Source: Eledone cirrhosa (Eukaryota). From it: a stretch of 64,000 nt of DNA. Below the pieces are notes generated by a model, which was given only the letters and a program-made list of their open reading frames with translations, ran no database searches and had not been told where the DNA came from. The position numbers were made by a program, and so were the translations under genes. Positions 12,781 through 28,499 of the stretch are shown here, piece by piece; the first letter of the stretch is position 1, and each line of letters starts with the position of its first letter. Location of the stretch: NCBI GenBank assembly GCA_964016885.1, contig OZ024741.1:257920001-257984000 (forward strand), written 5' to 3'.

Positions 12781-15700
12781 AGTGTTCTAACTTACGAGTG
12801 TTCTGACTTACGAGTGTTCTGACTTACGAGTGTTCCGACTTACGAGTGTTTCGGCTCACGAGTGTTTCGGCTTACGAGTGTTTCGACTTACGAAAATAAC
12901 AAATAGACGCGGTTTCAAATCTCTATGCTTTTCAAATTCATTACATTAATCTTTATTTATACGTTTCGCTTTACGAGTATTTTGACTTACGAGTGTTTCG
13001 ACTTACGAGTGTTTCGGCTTACGAGTGTTTTGACTTACGAGTGTTTTGACTTACATGTGTTTCGACTTACGCGTGTTTCGACTTACGAGTGTTTCGACTT
13101 GCGAGTGTTTCGACTTACGAGTGTTTTGACTTACGGGTGTTTTGACTTACGGTGTTTCGGCTTACGAGTGTTTCGACTTACGAGTGTTTCGACTTACGGG
13201 TGTTTTGACATACGAGTGTTTCGATACGAGTGTTCTGACTTACGAGTGTTCTGACTTACGAGTGTTCTAACTTACGAGTGTTCTGACTTACGAGTGTTCT
13301 GACTTACGAGTGTTCCGACTTACGAGTGTTTCGGCTCACGAGTGTTTCGGCTTACGAGTGTTTCGACTTACGAAAATAACAAATAGACGCGGTTTCAAAT
13401 CTCTATGCTTTTCAAATTCATTACATTAATCTTTATTTATACGTTTCGCTTTACGAGTGTTTTGACTTACGAGTGTTTCGACTTACGAGTGTTTCGGCTT
13501 ACGAGTGTTTTGACTTACGAGTGTTTTGACTTACATGTGTTTCGACTTACGCGTGTTTCGACTTACGAGTGTTTCGACTTGCGAGTGTTTCGACTACGGG
13601 TGTTTCGACTTACGAATGTTTTGACTTACGGATGTTTTGACTTACGGGTGTTTCGGCTTACGAGTGTTTCGACTTACGAGTGTTTCGACTTACGAGTGTT
13701 TTGACTTACGGGTGTTTTGACTTACGGTGTTTCGGCTTACGAGTGTTTCGACTTACGAGTGTTTCGACTTACGGGTGTTTTGACATACGAGTGTTTCGAT
13801 ACGAGTGTTCTGACTTACGAGTGTTCTGACTTACGAGTGTTCTGACTTACGAGTGTTCTGACATACGTGTGTTCTGACTTACGAGTGTTCCGATTTACGA
13901 GTGTTTCGGCTTATGAGTGTTTCAACTCACGTATGTTTTTGCTTACGGGTGTTTCGACTTACGAATGATTTGCTTACGAGTGTTTCGACTTACGAAAATA
14001 ACAAATAGACGCGGTTTCAAATCTCTATGCTTTTCAAATTCATTACATTAATCTTTATTTACACGTTTCGCTTTACGAGTGTTTCGACTTACGAGTGCTT
14101 CGGCTTACGAGTGTTTCGACTTACGAGTGTTTCGACTTACGAGTGTTTCGACTTACGAGTGTTTCGACTTACGAGTGTTTTGACTTACGAGTGTTCTGAC
14201 TTACGAGTGTTCTGACTTACGAGTGTTTCGACTTACGAGTGTTCTGACTTACGAGTGTTCCGACTTACGAGTGTTTCGACTTACGAGTGTTTCGACTTAC
14301 GAGTGTTTCGACTTACGAGTGTTTCGGCTTACGAGTGTTTTGACTTACGAGTGTTCTGACTACGAGTGTTCTGACTTACGAGTGTTTCGGCTTATGAGTG
14401 TTTCGACTCACGAGTGTTTCGGCTTATGAGTGTTTCGACTTACGAGTGTTTCGGCTTACGAGTGTTTCGACTTACGAGTGTTTCGGCTTACGAGTGTTTC
14501 GACATACGGGTGTTTCGACTTACGGTGTTTCGGCTTACGAGTGTTTCGACTTACGAGTGTTCTGACTTACGAGTGTTCTGACTTATGAGTGTTCTGACTT
14601 ACGAGTGTTCTGACTTACGAGTGTTCCGACTTACGAGTGTTTCGGCTTACGAGTGTTTCGGCTTACGAGTGTTTCGACTTACGAATGTTTCGACTTACGA
14701 GTGTTTCGACTTACGAGTGTTTAGGTTTACGAGTGTTTCGACGCATGAGTGTTTTGACTTACGGGTGTTTCGACTTACGGGTGTTTCGGCTTATGAGTGT
14801 TTCGACTTACGAGTGTTTCGGCTTACGAGTGTTTCGCCTTATGGGTGTTTCGACTTACGAGTGTTTTTACTTACGGTGTTTCGGCTTCCGAGTGTTTCGA
14901 CATACGAGTGTTTTGACTTACGGGTGTTTCGGCTTACGAGTGTTTCGACTTACGAGTGTTTCGGCTTACGAGTGTTTCGACTTACTAATGTTTTTACTTA
15001 CGAGTGTTTCGGCGTACGAGTGTTTTGACTTACGAGTGTTTCGACTTACGAGTGTTTCGACTTACGAGTGTTTTGACTTACGAATGTTTTGACTTACGGG
15101 TGTTTCGGCTTACGAGTGTTTCGACTTACGAGTCTTTCGGCTTACGAGTGTTTCGATTTACTAATGTTTTTACTTACGAGTGTTTCGGCGTACGAGTGTT
15201 TCGACTTACGGGTGTTTTGACTTACGGGTGTTTCGGCTTACGAGTGTTTTGACTTAAGGGTGTTTCGACTTACGAGTATTTTTGGCTTACGAGTGTTTCG
15301 ACTTACGAGTGTTTTGAATTACGAGTGTTCTTATTTACGGATGTTTCGACTTACGAGTGTTTCGACTTACGAGTGTTTTGACTTACGGTGTTTCGGCTTA
15401 CGAGTGTTTCGACTTACGAGTGTTTTGACTTACTGGTGTTTTGACATACGAGTGTTTCGATACGAGTGTTTCGACTTACGAGTGTTCTGACTTACGAGTG
15501 TTCTAACTTACGAGTGTTCTGACTTACGAGTGTTCTGACTTACGAGTGTTCCGACTTACGAGTGTTTCGGCTCACGAGTGTTTCGGCTTACGAGTGTTTC
15601 GACTTACGAAAATAACAAATAGACGCGGTTTCAAATCTCTATGCTTTTCAAATTCATTACATTAATCTTTATTTATACGTTTCGCTTTACGAGTGTTTCG

Positions 15701-18700
15701 ACTTACGAGTGTTTCGACTTACGAGTGTTTCGGCTTACGAGTGTTTTGACTTAAGAGTGTTTTGACTTACATGTGTTTCGACTTACGTGTGTTTCGACTT
15801 ACGAGTGTTTCGACTTGCGAGTGTTTCGACTACGGGTGTTTCGACTTACGAATGTTTTGACTTACGGATGTTTTGACTTACGGGTGTTTCGGCTTACGAG
15901 TGTTTCAACTTACGAGTGTTTCGACTTACGAGTGTTTTGACTTACGAGTGTTTCGGCTTACGATTGTTTCGACTTACGAATGTTTTTGCTTACGAGTGTT
16001 TCGACTTACGAGTGTTTTGATTTACGGTGTTTCGGCTTACGAGTGTTTCGACTTACGAGTGTTTTGACTTACGGGTGTTTTGACATACGAGTGTTTCGAT
16101 ACGAGTGTTCTGACTTACGAGTGTTCTGACTTACGAGTGTTCTGACTTACGAGTGTTCTGACATACGTGTGTTCTGACTTACGAGTGTTCCGATTTACGA
16201 GTGTTTCGGCTTATGAGTGTTTCGACTTACGAATGTTTTTGCTTACGGGTGTTTCGACTTACGAATGTTTTTGCTTACGAGTGTTTCGGCTTACGAGTGT
16301 TTCGACTTACGATAATAACAAATAGACGCGGTTTCAAATCTCTATGCTTTTCAAATTCATTACATTAATCTTTATTTACACGTTTCGCTTTACGAGTGTT
16401 TCGACTTACGAGTGTTTCGACTTACGAGTGTTTCGACTTACGAGTGTTTCGACTTACGAGTGTTTCGGCTTATGAGTGTTTCGACTCACGAGTGTTTCGG
16501 CTTATGAGTGTTTCGACTTACGAGTGTTTCGGCTTACGAGTGTTTCGACTTACGAGTGTTTCGACTTACGAGTGTTTCGACTTACGGGTGTTTCGACTTA
16601 CGAGTGTTTCGACTACGAGTGTTTCGACTTACGAGTGTTTCGGCTTACGAGTGTTTCGACTTACTAATGTTTTTACTTACGAGTGTTTCGGTGTACGAGT
16701 GTTTCGACTTAAGGATGTTTCGATTTACGAGTGTTTCGACTTACGAGTGTTTCGGCTTACGTGAGTTTCGACTTAAGAGTGTTCTGATTTACGAGTGTTC
16801 TGACTTGCGGGTGTTCTGATTTACGAGTGTTCCGACTTACGAGTGTTTCGGCTTATGAGTGTTTCGACTTACGAGTGTTTCGGCTTACGAGTGTTTCACC
16901 TTATGGGTGTTTCGACTTATGAGTGTTTTTACTTATGGTGTTTCGGCTTCCGAGTGTTTCGACATACGAGTGTTTTGACTTACGGGTGTTTCGGCTTACG
17001 AGTGTTTCGACTTACGAGTGTTTCGGCTTACGAGTGTTTCGACTTACTAATGTTTTTACTTACGAGTGTTTCGGCGTACGAGAGTTTTGACTTACGAGTG
17101 TTTCGACTTACGAGTATTTCGACTTACGAGTATTTTGACTTACGAATGTTTTGACTTACGGGTGTTTCGGCTTACGAGTGTTTCGACTTACGAGTCTTTC
17201 GGCTTACGGGTGTTTCGACTTACTAATGTTTTTACTTACGAGTGTTTCGGCGTACGAGTGTTTCGACTTACGAGTGTTTCGACTTACGGGTGTTTTGACT
17301 TACGGGTGTTTCGGCTTACGAGTGTTTTGACTTAAGGGTGTTTCGACTTACGAGTATTTTGGGCTTACGAGTGTTTCGACTTACGAGTGTTTTGACTTAC
17401 GAGTGTTCTGATTTACGGATGTTTCGACATACGAGTGTTCAGACTTACGAGTGTTCCGACTTACGAGTGTTTCGGCTTACGAGTGTTTCGGCTCACGAGT
17501 GTTTCGACTTACGAGTGTTTCGACTTACGAGTGTTTTGACTTACGGTGTTTCGGCTTACGAGTGTTTCGACTTACGAGTGTTTTGACTTACTGGTGTTAT
17601 GACATACGAGTGTTTCGATACGAGTGTTTCGACTTACGAGTGTTCTGACTTACGAGTGTTCTAACTTACGAGTGTTCTGACTTACGAGTGTTCTGACTTA
17701 CGAGTGTTCCGACTTACGAGTGTTTCGGCTCACGAGTGTTTCGGCTTAGGAGTGTTTCGACTTACGAAAATAACAAATAGACGCGGTTTCAAATCTCTAT
17801 GCTTTTCAAATTCATTACATTAATCTTTATTTATACGTTTCGCTTTACGAGTGTTTCGACTTACGAGTGTTTCGGCTTACGAGTGTTTTGACTTACGAGT
17901 GTTTTGACTTACATGTGTTTCGACTTACGCGTGTTTCGACTTACGAGTGTTTCGACTTAAGAGTGTTTCGGATTACGAGTGTTTTGACTTGAGGGTGGTT
18001 CGACTTACGAGTGTTTCGATACGAGTGTTTCGACTTACGAGTGTTCTGACTTACGAGTGTTCTGATTTACGGATGTTTCGACACACGAGTGTTTCGAATT
18101 ACGAGTGTTTCGACTTACGAGTGTTTTGACTTACGGGTGTTTTGACATACGAGTGTTTCGATACGAGTGTTTCGACTTACGAGTGTTCTGACTTACGAGT
18201 GTTCTGACTTACGAGTGTTCTAACTTACGAGTGTTCTTACTTACGAGTGTTCCGACTTACGAGTGTTCCGACTTATGAGTGTTTCGGCTTACGAGTGTTT
18301 TAATTTACGAGTGTTTTGACTTACGGGTGCTTCGACTTACGCGTGTTTCGACTTACGAGTGTTTCGACTTACGAGTGTTTCGACTTACGATTGTTTCGGC
18401 TTACGAGTGTTTTGACTTACGAGTGTTCTGACTACGAGTGTTCTGACTTACGGGTGTTCTGACTTACGAGTGTTCCGACTTACGAGTGTTTCGGCTTATG
18501 AGTGTTTCGACTTACGAGTGCTTCGACTTACGAGTGTTTCGGCTTACGGGTGTTTCGACTTACGAATGTTTTTGCTTACGAGTGTTTCGGCTTACGACTG
18601 TTTAGGCTTATGAGTGTTTCGACTTACGAGTGTTTTGACTTACGGGTGTTTTGACATACGAGTGTTTCGATACGAGTGTTCTGACTTACGAGTGTTTCCG

Positions 18701-18959
18701 CTTACGAGTGTTTCGGCTTACGAGTGTTTCGACTTACTAATGTTTTTACTTACGAGTGTTTCGGTGTACGAGTGTTTCGACTTAAGGATGTTTCGACTTA
18801 CGGGTGTTTCGGCTTACGAGTGTTTCGACTTACGAGTGTTTTGACTTACGAGTGTTCTGACTTACGAGTGTTCTGACTTATGAGTGTTCCGACTTACGAG
18901 TGTTCCGACTTACGAGTGTTTCGGCTTATGAGTGTTTCGACTTACGGGCGTTTCGACTT

Positions 18960-21900
18960 ACGGGTGTTTCGACTTACAAGTTTTTTGACTTACGAGTGTT
19001 CTGACTTACGAGTGTTCTGACTTACGAGTGTTCCGACTTACGACTGTTTCGACTTACGAGTGTTTTGACTTACGAGTGTTCCGACTTACGAGTGTTTCGG
19101 CTTACGGGTGTTTCGACGTACGAGTATTTTTGGCTTACGAGTGTTTCGACTTACGAGTGTTTTGAATTACGATTGTTTCGGCTTACGAGTGTTTCGACTT
19201 ACGAGTATTTCGACTTACGAGTGTTTTGACTTATGGGTGTTTGACATACGAGTGTTTCGATACGAATGCTCTGACCTACGAGTGTTCTGACTTACGAGTG
19301 TTCTGACTTACGAGTGTTCTGACTTACGGGTGTCCTGACTTACGTGTGTTCCGACTTACGAGTGTTTCGGCTATGGGTGTTTCGACTTACGAGTGTTTCG
19401 ACTTACGAATGTTTTGGCTTACGAGTGTTTCGGCTTACGAGTGTATCGACTTACGAATGTTTTGGCTTACGAGTGTTTCGGCTTACGGGTGTTTCGACTT
19501 ACGAGTGTTTCGACTTACGAGTGTTTTGACTTACGGTGTTTCGGCTTATGAGTTATTCGACATACGAGTGTTTCGACTTACGGGTGTTTCGACTTACGGG
19601 TGTTTCGACTTATGAGTGTTTCGACTTACGAGTGTTCTGACTTACGAGTGTGCTGACTTACGAGTGTTCCGACTTACGAGTGTTTAGGTTTACGAGTGTT
19701 TCGACACATGAGTGTTTTGACTTACGGGTGTTTCGACTTACGGGTGTTTCGACTTACGAGTGTTTCGGCTTACGAGTGTTTCGACTTACTAATGTTTTGA
19801 CTTACGGGTGTTTCGGCTTACGAGTGTTTTGACTTAAGGGTGTTTCGACTTACGAGTATTTTTGGCTTACGAGTGTTTCGACTTACGAGTGTTTTGAATT
19901 ACGAGTGTTCTTATTTACGGATGTTTCGACATACGAGTGTTCAGACTTACGAGTGTTCCGACTTACGAGTGTTTCGGCTTACGAGTGTTTCGGCTAAAGA
20001 GTGTTTCGACTTACGAGTGTTTCGACTTACGAGTGTTTCGACTTACGAGTGTTTCGACTTACGAGTGTTTCGACTTACGAGTGTTTTGACTTACGGTGTT
20101 TCGGCTTACGAGTGTTTCGACTTACGAGTGTTTTGACTTACTGGTGTTTTGACATACGAGTGTTTCGATACGAGTGTTTCGACTTACGAGTGTTCTGACT
20201 TACGAGTGTTCTAACTTACGAGTGTTCTGACTTACGAGTGTTCTGACTTACGAGTGTTCCGACTTACGAGTGTTTCGGCTCACGAGTGTTTCGGCTTACG
20301 AGTGTTTCGACTTACGAAAATAACAAATAGACGCGGTTTCAAATCTCTATGCTTTTCAAATTCATTACATTAATCTTTATTTATACGTTTCGCTTTACGA
20401 GTGTTTCGACTTACGAGTGTTTCGACTTACGAGTGTTTCGGCTTACGAGTGTTTTGACTTACGAGTGTTTTGACTTACATGTGTTTCGACTTACGCGTGT
20501 TTCGACTTACGAGTGTTTCGACTTGCGAGTGTTTCGACTACGGGTGTTTCGACTTACGAATGTTTTGACTTACGGATGTTTTGACTTACGGGTGTTTCGG
20601 CTTACGAGTGTTTCGACTTACGAGTGTTTCGACTTACGAGTGTTTTGACTTACGAGTGTTTCGGCTTACGATTGTTTCGACTTACGAATGTTTTTGCTTA
20701 CGAGTGTTTCGACTTACGAGTGTTTTGATTTACGGTGTTTCGGCTCACGAGTGTTTCGACTTACGAGTGTTTTGACTTACGGGTGTTTTGACATACGAGT
20801 GTTTCGATACGAGTGTTCTGACTTACGAGTGTTCTGACTTACGAGTGTTCTGACTTACGAGTGTTCTGACATACGTGTGTTCTGACTTACGAGTGTTCCG
20901 ATTTACGAGTGTTTCGGCTTATGAGTGTTTCGACTTACGAATGTTTTTGCTTACGGGTGTTTCGACTTACGAATGTTTTTGCTTACGAGTGTTTCGGCTT
21001 ACGAGTGTTTCGACTTACGATAATAACAAATAGACGCGGTTTCAAATCTCTATGCTTTTCAAATTCATTACATTAATCTTTATTTACACGTTTCGCTTTA
21101 CGAGTGTTTCGACTTACGAGTGTTTCGACTTACGAGTGTTTCGACTTACGAGTGTTTCGACTTACGAGTGTTCTGACTTACGAGTGTTCTGACTTACGAG
21201 TGTTTCGACTTACGAGTGTTCTGACTTACGAGTGTTCTGACTTACGAGTGTTCCGACTTACGAGTGTTTAGACTTACGAGTGTTTCGACTTACGAGTGTT
21301 TCGACTTACGAGTGTTTCGGCTTACGAGTGTTTTGACTTACGAGTGTTCTGACTACGAGTGTTCTGACTTACGAGTGTTTCGGCTTATGAGTGTTTCGAC
21401 TCACGAGTGTTTCGGCTTATGAGTGTTTCGACTTACGAGTGTTTCGGCTTACGAGTGTTTCGACTTACGAGTGTTTCGACTTACGAGTGTTTCGACTTAC
21501 GGGTGTTTCGACTTACAAGTTTTTTGACTTACGAGTGTTCTGACTTACGAGTGTTCTGACTTACGAGTGTTCCGACTTACGACTGTTTCGACTTACGAGT
21601 GTTTTGACTTACGAGTGTTCCGACTTACGAGTGTTTCGGCTTACGGGTGTTTCGACGTACGAGTATTTTTGGCTTACGAGTGTTTCGACTTACGAGTGTT
21701 TTGAATTACGATTGTTTCGGCTTACGAGTGTTTCGACTTACGAGTATTTCGACTTACGAGTGTTTTGACTTATGGGTGTTTGACATACGAGTGTTTCGAT
21801 ACGAATGCTCTGACCTACGAGTGTTCTGACTTACGAGTGTTCTGACTTACGAGTGTTCTGACTTACGGGTGTCCTGACTTACGTGTGTTCCGACTTACGA

Positions 21901-24030
21901 GTGTTTCGGCTATGGGTGTTTCGACTTACGAGTGTTTCGACTTACGAATGTTTTGGCTTACGAGTGTTTCGGCTTACGAGTGTATCGACTTACGAATGTT
22001 TTGGCTTACGAGTGTTTCGGCTTACGGGTGTTTCGACTTACGAGTGTTTCGACTTACGAGTGTTTTGAGTTACGGTGTTTCGGCTTATGAGTTATTCGAC
22101 ATACGAGTGTTTCGACTTACGGGTGTTTCGACTTACGGGTGTTTCGACTTATGAGTGTTTCGACTTACGAGTGTTCTGACTTACGAGTGTGCTGACTTAC
22201 GAGTGTTCCGACTTACGAGTGTTTAGGTTTACGAGTGTTTCGACACATGAGTGTTTTGACTTACGGGTGTTTCGACTTACGGGTGTTTCGACTTACGAGT
22301 GTTTCGGCTTACGAGTGTTTCGACTTACTAATGTTTTGACTTACGGGTGTTTCGGCTTACGAGTGTTTTGACTTAAGGGTGTTTCGACTTACGAGTATTT
22401 TTGGCTTACGAGTGTTTCGACTTACGAGTGTTTTGAATTACGAGTGTTCTTATTTACGGATGTTTCGACATACGAGTGTTCAGACTTACGAGTGTTCCGA
22501 CTTACGAGTGTTTCGGCTTACGAGTGTTTCGGCTAAAGAGTGTTTCGACTTACGAGTGTTTCGACTTACGAGTGTTTCGACTTACGAGTGTTTCGACTTA
22601 CGAGTGTTTCGACTTACGAGTGTTTTGACTTACGGTGTTTCGGCTTACGAGTGTTTCGACTTACGAGTGTTTTGACTTACTGGTGTTTTGACATACGAGT
22701 GTTTCGATACGAGTGTTTCGACTTACGAGTGTTCTGACTTACGAGTGTTCTAACTTACGAGTGTTCTGACTTACGAGTGTTCTGACTTACGAGTGTTCCG
22801 ACTTACGAGTGTTTCGGCTCACGAGTGTTTCGGCTTACGAGTGTTTCGACTTACGAAAATAACAAATAGACGCGGTTTCAAATCTCTATGCTTTTCAAAT
22901 TCATTACATTAATCTTTATTTATACGTTTCGCTTTACGAGTGTTTCGACTTACGAGTGTTTCGACTTACGAGTGTTTCGGCTTACGAGTGTTTTGACTTA
23001 CGAGTGTTTTGACTTACATGTGTTTCGACTTACGCGTGTTTCGACTTACGAGTGTTTCGACTTGCGAGTGTTTCGACTACGGGTGTTTCGACTTACGAAT
23101 GTTTTGACTTACGGATGTTTTGACTTACGGGTGTTTCGGCTTACGAGTGTTTCGACTTACGAGTGTTTCGACTTACGAGTGTTTTGACTTACGAGTGTTT
23201 CGGCTTACGATTGTTTCGACTTACGAATGTTTTTGCTTACGAGTGTTTCGACTTACGAGTGTTTTGATTTACGGTGTTTCGGCTCACGAGTGTTTCGACT
23301 TACGAGTGTTTTGACTTACGGGTGTTTTGACATACGAGTGTTTCGATACGAGTGTTCTGACTTACGAGTGTTCTGACTTACGAGTGTTCTGACATACGTG
23401 TGTTCTGACTTACGAGTGTTCCGATTTACGAGTGTTTCGGCTTATGAGTGTTTCGACTTACGAATGTTTTTGCTTACGGGTGTTTCGACTTACGAATGTT
23501 TTTGCTTACGAGTGTTTCGGCTTACGAGTGTTTCGACTTACGATAATAACAAATAGACGCGGTTTCAAATCTCTATGCTTTTCAAATTCATTACATTAAT
23601 CTTTATTTACACGTTTCGCTTTACGAGTGTTTCGACTTACGAGTGTTTCGACTTACGAGTGTTTCGACTTACGAGTGTTTCGACTTACGAGTGTTCTGAC
23701 TTACGAGTGTTCTGACTTACGAGTGTTTCGACTTACGAGTGTTCTGACTTACGAGTGTTCTGACTTACGAGTGTTCCGACTTACGAGTGTTTAGACTTAC
23801 GAGTGTTTCGACTTACGAGTGTTTCGACTTACGAGTGTTTCGGCTTACGAGTGTTTTGACTTACGAGTGTTCTGACTACGAGTGTTCTGACTTACGAGTG
23901 TTTCGGCTTATGAGTGTTTCGACTCACGAGTGTTTCGGCTTATGAGTGTTTCGACTTACGAGTGTTTCGGCTTACGAGTGTTTCGACTTACGAGTGTTTC
24001 GACTTACGAGTGTTTCGACTTACGGGTGTT
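18960..24030 (+). repeat. Tandem duplication of a 2,539-bp block (2 copies)
   Basis: Offset 2539 (19108/21647, 19840/22379, 20349/22888), then 2523 after loss of one monomer. Shared rare variants GTGTCCTGAC (~19333/21872) and CGGCTAAAGA (~19991/22530). Confidence 0.92.
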
Positions 24031-27000
24031 TCGACTTACGAGTGTTTCGACTACGAGTGTTTCGACTTACGAGTGTTTCGGCTTACGAGTGTTTCGACTT
24101 ACTAATGTTTTTACTTACGAGTGTTTCGGTGTACGAGTGTTTCGACTTAAGGATGTTTCGATTTACGAGTGTTTCGACTTACGAGTGTTTCGGCTTACGT
24201 GAGTTTCGACTTAAGAGTGTTCTGATTTACGAGTGTTCTGACTTGCGGGTGTTCTGATTTACGAGTGTTCCGACTTACGAGTGTTTCGGCTTATGAGTGT
24301 TTCGACTTACGAGTGTTTCGGCTTACGAGTGTTTCACCTTATGGGTGTTTCGACTTATGAGTGTTTTTACTTATGGTGTTTCGGCTTCCGAGTGTTTCGA
24401 CATACGAGTGTTTTGACTTACGGGTGTTTCGGCTTACGAGTGTTTCGACTTACGAGTGTTTCGGCTTACGAGTGTTTCGACTTACTAATGTTTTTACTTA
24501 CGAGTGTTTCGGCGTACGAGAGTTTTGACTTACGAGTGTTTCGACTTACGAGTATTTCGACTTACGAGTATTTTGACTTACGAATGTTTTGACTTACGGG
24601 TGTTTCGGCTTACGAGTGTTTCGACTTACGAGTCTTTCGGCTTACGAGTGTTTCGACTTACTAATGTTTTTACTTACGAGTGTTTCGGCGTACGAGTGTT
24701 TCGACTTACGAGTGTTTCGACTTACGGGTGTTTTGACTTACGGGTGTTTCGGCTTACGAGTGTTTTGACTTAAGGGTGTTTCGACTTACGAGTATTTTGG
24801 GCTTACGAGTGTTTCGACTTACGAGTGTTTTGACTTACGAGTGTTCTGATTTACGGATGTTTCGACATACGAGTGTTCAGACTTACGAGTGTTCCGACTT
24901 ACGAGTGTTTCGGCTTACGAGTGTTTCGGCTCACGAGTGTTTCGACTTACGAGTGTTTCGACTTACGAGTGTTTTGACTTACGGTGTTTCGGCTTACGAG
25001 TGTTTCGACTTACGAGTGTTTTGACTTACTGGTGTTATGACATACGAGTGTTTCGATACGAGTGTTTCGACTTACGAGTGTTCTGACTTACGAGTGTTCT
25101 AACTTACGAGTGTTCTGACTTACGAGTGTTCTGACTTACGAGTGTTCCGACTTACGAGTGTTTCGGCTCACGAGTGTTTCGGCTTAGGAGTGTTTCGACT
25201 TACGAAAATAACAAATAGACGCGGTTTCAAATCTCTATGCTTTTCAAATTCATTACATTAATCTTTATTTATACGTTTCGCTTTACGAGTGTTTCGACTT
25301 ACGAGTGTTTCGGCTTACGAGTGTTTTGACTTACGAGTGTTTTGACTTACATGTGTTTCGACTTACGCGTGTTTCGACTTACGAGTGTTTCGACTTAAGA
25401 GTGTTTCGGATTACGAGTGTTTTGACTTGAGGGTGTTTCGACTTACGAGTGTTTCGATACGAGTGTTTCGACTTACGAGTGTTCTGACTTACGAGTGTTC
25501 TGATTTACGGATGTTTCGACACACGAGTGTTTCGAATTACGAATGTTTCGACTTACGAGTGTTTTGACTTACGGGTGTTTTGACATACGAGTGTTTCGAT
25601 ACGAGTGTTTCGACTTACGAGTGTTCTGACTTACGAGTGTTCTGACTTACGAGTGTTCTAACTTACGAGTGTTCTTACTTACGAGTGTTCCGACTTACGA
25701 GTGTTCCGACTTATGAGTGTTTCGGCTTACGAGTGTTTTAATTTACGAGTGTTTTGACTTACGGGTGCTTCGACTTACGCGTGTTTCGACTTACGAGTGT
25801 TTCGACTTACGAGTGTTTCGACTTACGATTGTTTCGGCTTACGAGTGTTTTGACTTACGAGTGTTCTGACTACGAGTGTTCTGACTTACGTGTGTTCTGA
25901 CTTACGAGTGTTCCGACTTACGAGTGTTTCGGCTTATGAGTGTTTCGACTTACGAGTGCTTCGACTTACGAGTGTTTCGGCTTACGGGTGTTTCGACTTA
26001 CGAATGTTTTTGCTTACGAGTGTTTCGGCTTACGACTGTTTAGGCTTATGAGTGTTTCGACTTACGAGTGTTTTGACTTACGGGTGTTTTGACATACGAG
26101 TGTTTCGATACGAGTGTTCTGACTTACGAGTGTTTCCGCTTACGAGTGTTTCGGCTTACGAGTGTTTCGACTTACTAATGTTTTTACTTACGAGTGTTTC
26201 GGTGTACGAGTGTTTCGACTTAAGGATGTTTCGACTTACGGGTGTTTCGGCTTACGAGTGTTTCGACTTACGAGTGTTTTGACTTACGAGTGTTCTGACT
26301 TACGAGTGTTCTGACTTATGAGTGTTCCGACTTACGAGTGTTCCGACTTACGAGTGTTTCGGCTTATGAGTGTTTCGACTTACGGGCGTTTCGACTTACG
26401 GGTGTTTCGACTTACAAGTTTTTTGACTTACGAGTGTTCTGACTTACGAGTGTTCTGACTTACGAGTGTTCCGACTTACGACTGTTTCGACTTACGAGTG
26501 TTTTGACTTACGAGTGTTCCGACTTACGAGTGTTTCGGCTTACGGGTGTTTCGACGTACGAGTATTTTTGGCTTACGAGTGTTTCGACTTACGAGTGTTT
26601 TGAATTACGATTGTTTCGGCTTACGAGTGTTTCGACTTACGAGTATTTCGACTTACGAGTGTTTTGACTGATGGGTGTTTGACATACGAGTGTTTCGATA
26701 CGAATGCTCTGACCTACGAGTGTTCTGACTTACGAGTGTTCTGACTTACGAGTGTTCTGACTTACGGGTGTTCTGACTTACGTGTGTTCCGACTTACGAG
26801 TGTTTCGGCTATGGGTGTTTCGACTTACGAGTGTTTCGACTTACGAATGTTTTGGCTTACGAGTGTTTCGGCTTACGAGTGTATCGACTTACGAATGTTT
26901 TGGCTTACGAGTGTTTCGGCTTACGGGTGTTTCGACTTACGAGTGTTTCGACTTACGAGTGTTTTGACTTACGGTGTTTCGGCTTATGAGTTATTCGACA

Positions 27001-28499
27001 TACGAGTGTTTCGACTTACGGGTGTTTCGACTTACGGGTGTTTCGACTTATGAGTGTTTCGACTTACGAGTGTTCTGACTTACGAGTGTGCTGACTTACG
27101 AGTGTTCCGACTTACGAGTGTTTAGGTTTACGAGTGTTTCGACACATGAGTGTTTTGACTTACGGGTGTTTCGACTTACGGGTGTTTCGACTTACGAGTG
27201 TTTCGGCTTACGAGTGTTTCGACTTACTAATGTTTTTACTTACGAGTGTTTCGGTGTACGAGTGTTTCGACTTAAGGATGTTTCGATTTACGAGTGTTTC
27301 GACTTACGAGTGTTTCGGCTTACGTGAGTTTCGACTTAAGAGTGTTCTGATTTACGAGTGTTCTGACTTGCGGGTGTTCTGATTTACGAGTGTTCCGACT
27401 TACGAGTGTTTCGGCTTATGAGTGTTTCGACTTACGAGTGTTTCGGCTTACGAGTGTTTCACCTTATGGCTGTTTCGACTTACGAGTGTTTTTACTTATG
27501 GTGTTTCGGCTTCCGAGTGTTTCGACATACGAGTGTTTTGACTTACGGGTGTTTCGGCTTACGAGTGTTTCGACTTACGAGTGTTTCGGCTTACGAGTGT
27601 TTCGACTTACTAATGTTTTTACTTACGAGTGTTTCGGCGTACGAGAGTTTTGACTTACGAGTGTTTCGACTTACGAGTGTTTCGACTTACGAGTATTTTG
27701 ACTTACGAATGTTTTGACTTACGGGTGTTTCGGCTTACGAGTGTTTCGACTTACGAGTATTTTGGGCTTACGAGTGTTTCGACTTACGAGTGTTTTGACT
27801 TACGAGTGTTCTGATTTACGGATGTTTCGACATACGAGTGTTCAGACTTACGAGTGTTCCGACTTACGAGTGTTTCGGCTTACGAGTGTTTCGGCTCACG
27901 AGTGTTTCGACTTACGAGTGTTTTGACTTATTGGTGTTATGACATACGAGTGTTTCGATACGAGTGTTTCGACTTACGAGTGTTCTGACTTACGAGTGTT
28001 CTAACTTACGAGTGTTCAGACTTACGAGTGTTCTGACTTACGAGTGTTCCGACTTACGAGTGTTTCGGCTCACGAGTGTTTCGGCTTACGAGTGTTTCGA
28101 CTTACGAAAATAACAAATAGACGCGGTTTCAAATCTCTATGCTTTTCAAATTCATTACATTAATCTTTATTTATACGTTTCGCTTTACGAGTGTTTTGAC
28201 TTACGAGTGTTTCGACTTACGAGTGTTTCGGCTTACGAGTGTTTTGACTTACGAGTGTTTTGACTTACATGTGTTTCGACTTACGCGTGTTTCGACTTAC
28301 GAGTGTTTCGACTTGCGAGTGTTTCGACTACGGGTGTTTCGACTTACGAATGTTTTGACTTATGGATGTTTTGACTTACGGGTGTTTCGGCTTACGAGTG
28401 TTTCGACTTACGAGTGTTTCGACTTACGAGTGTTTTGACTTACGGGTGTTTTGACTTACTGTGTTTCGGCTTACGAGTGTTTCGACTTACGAGTGTTTC

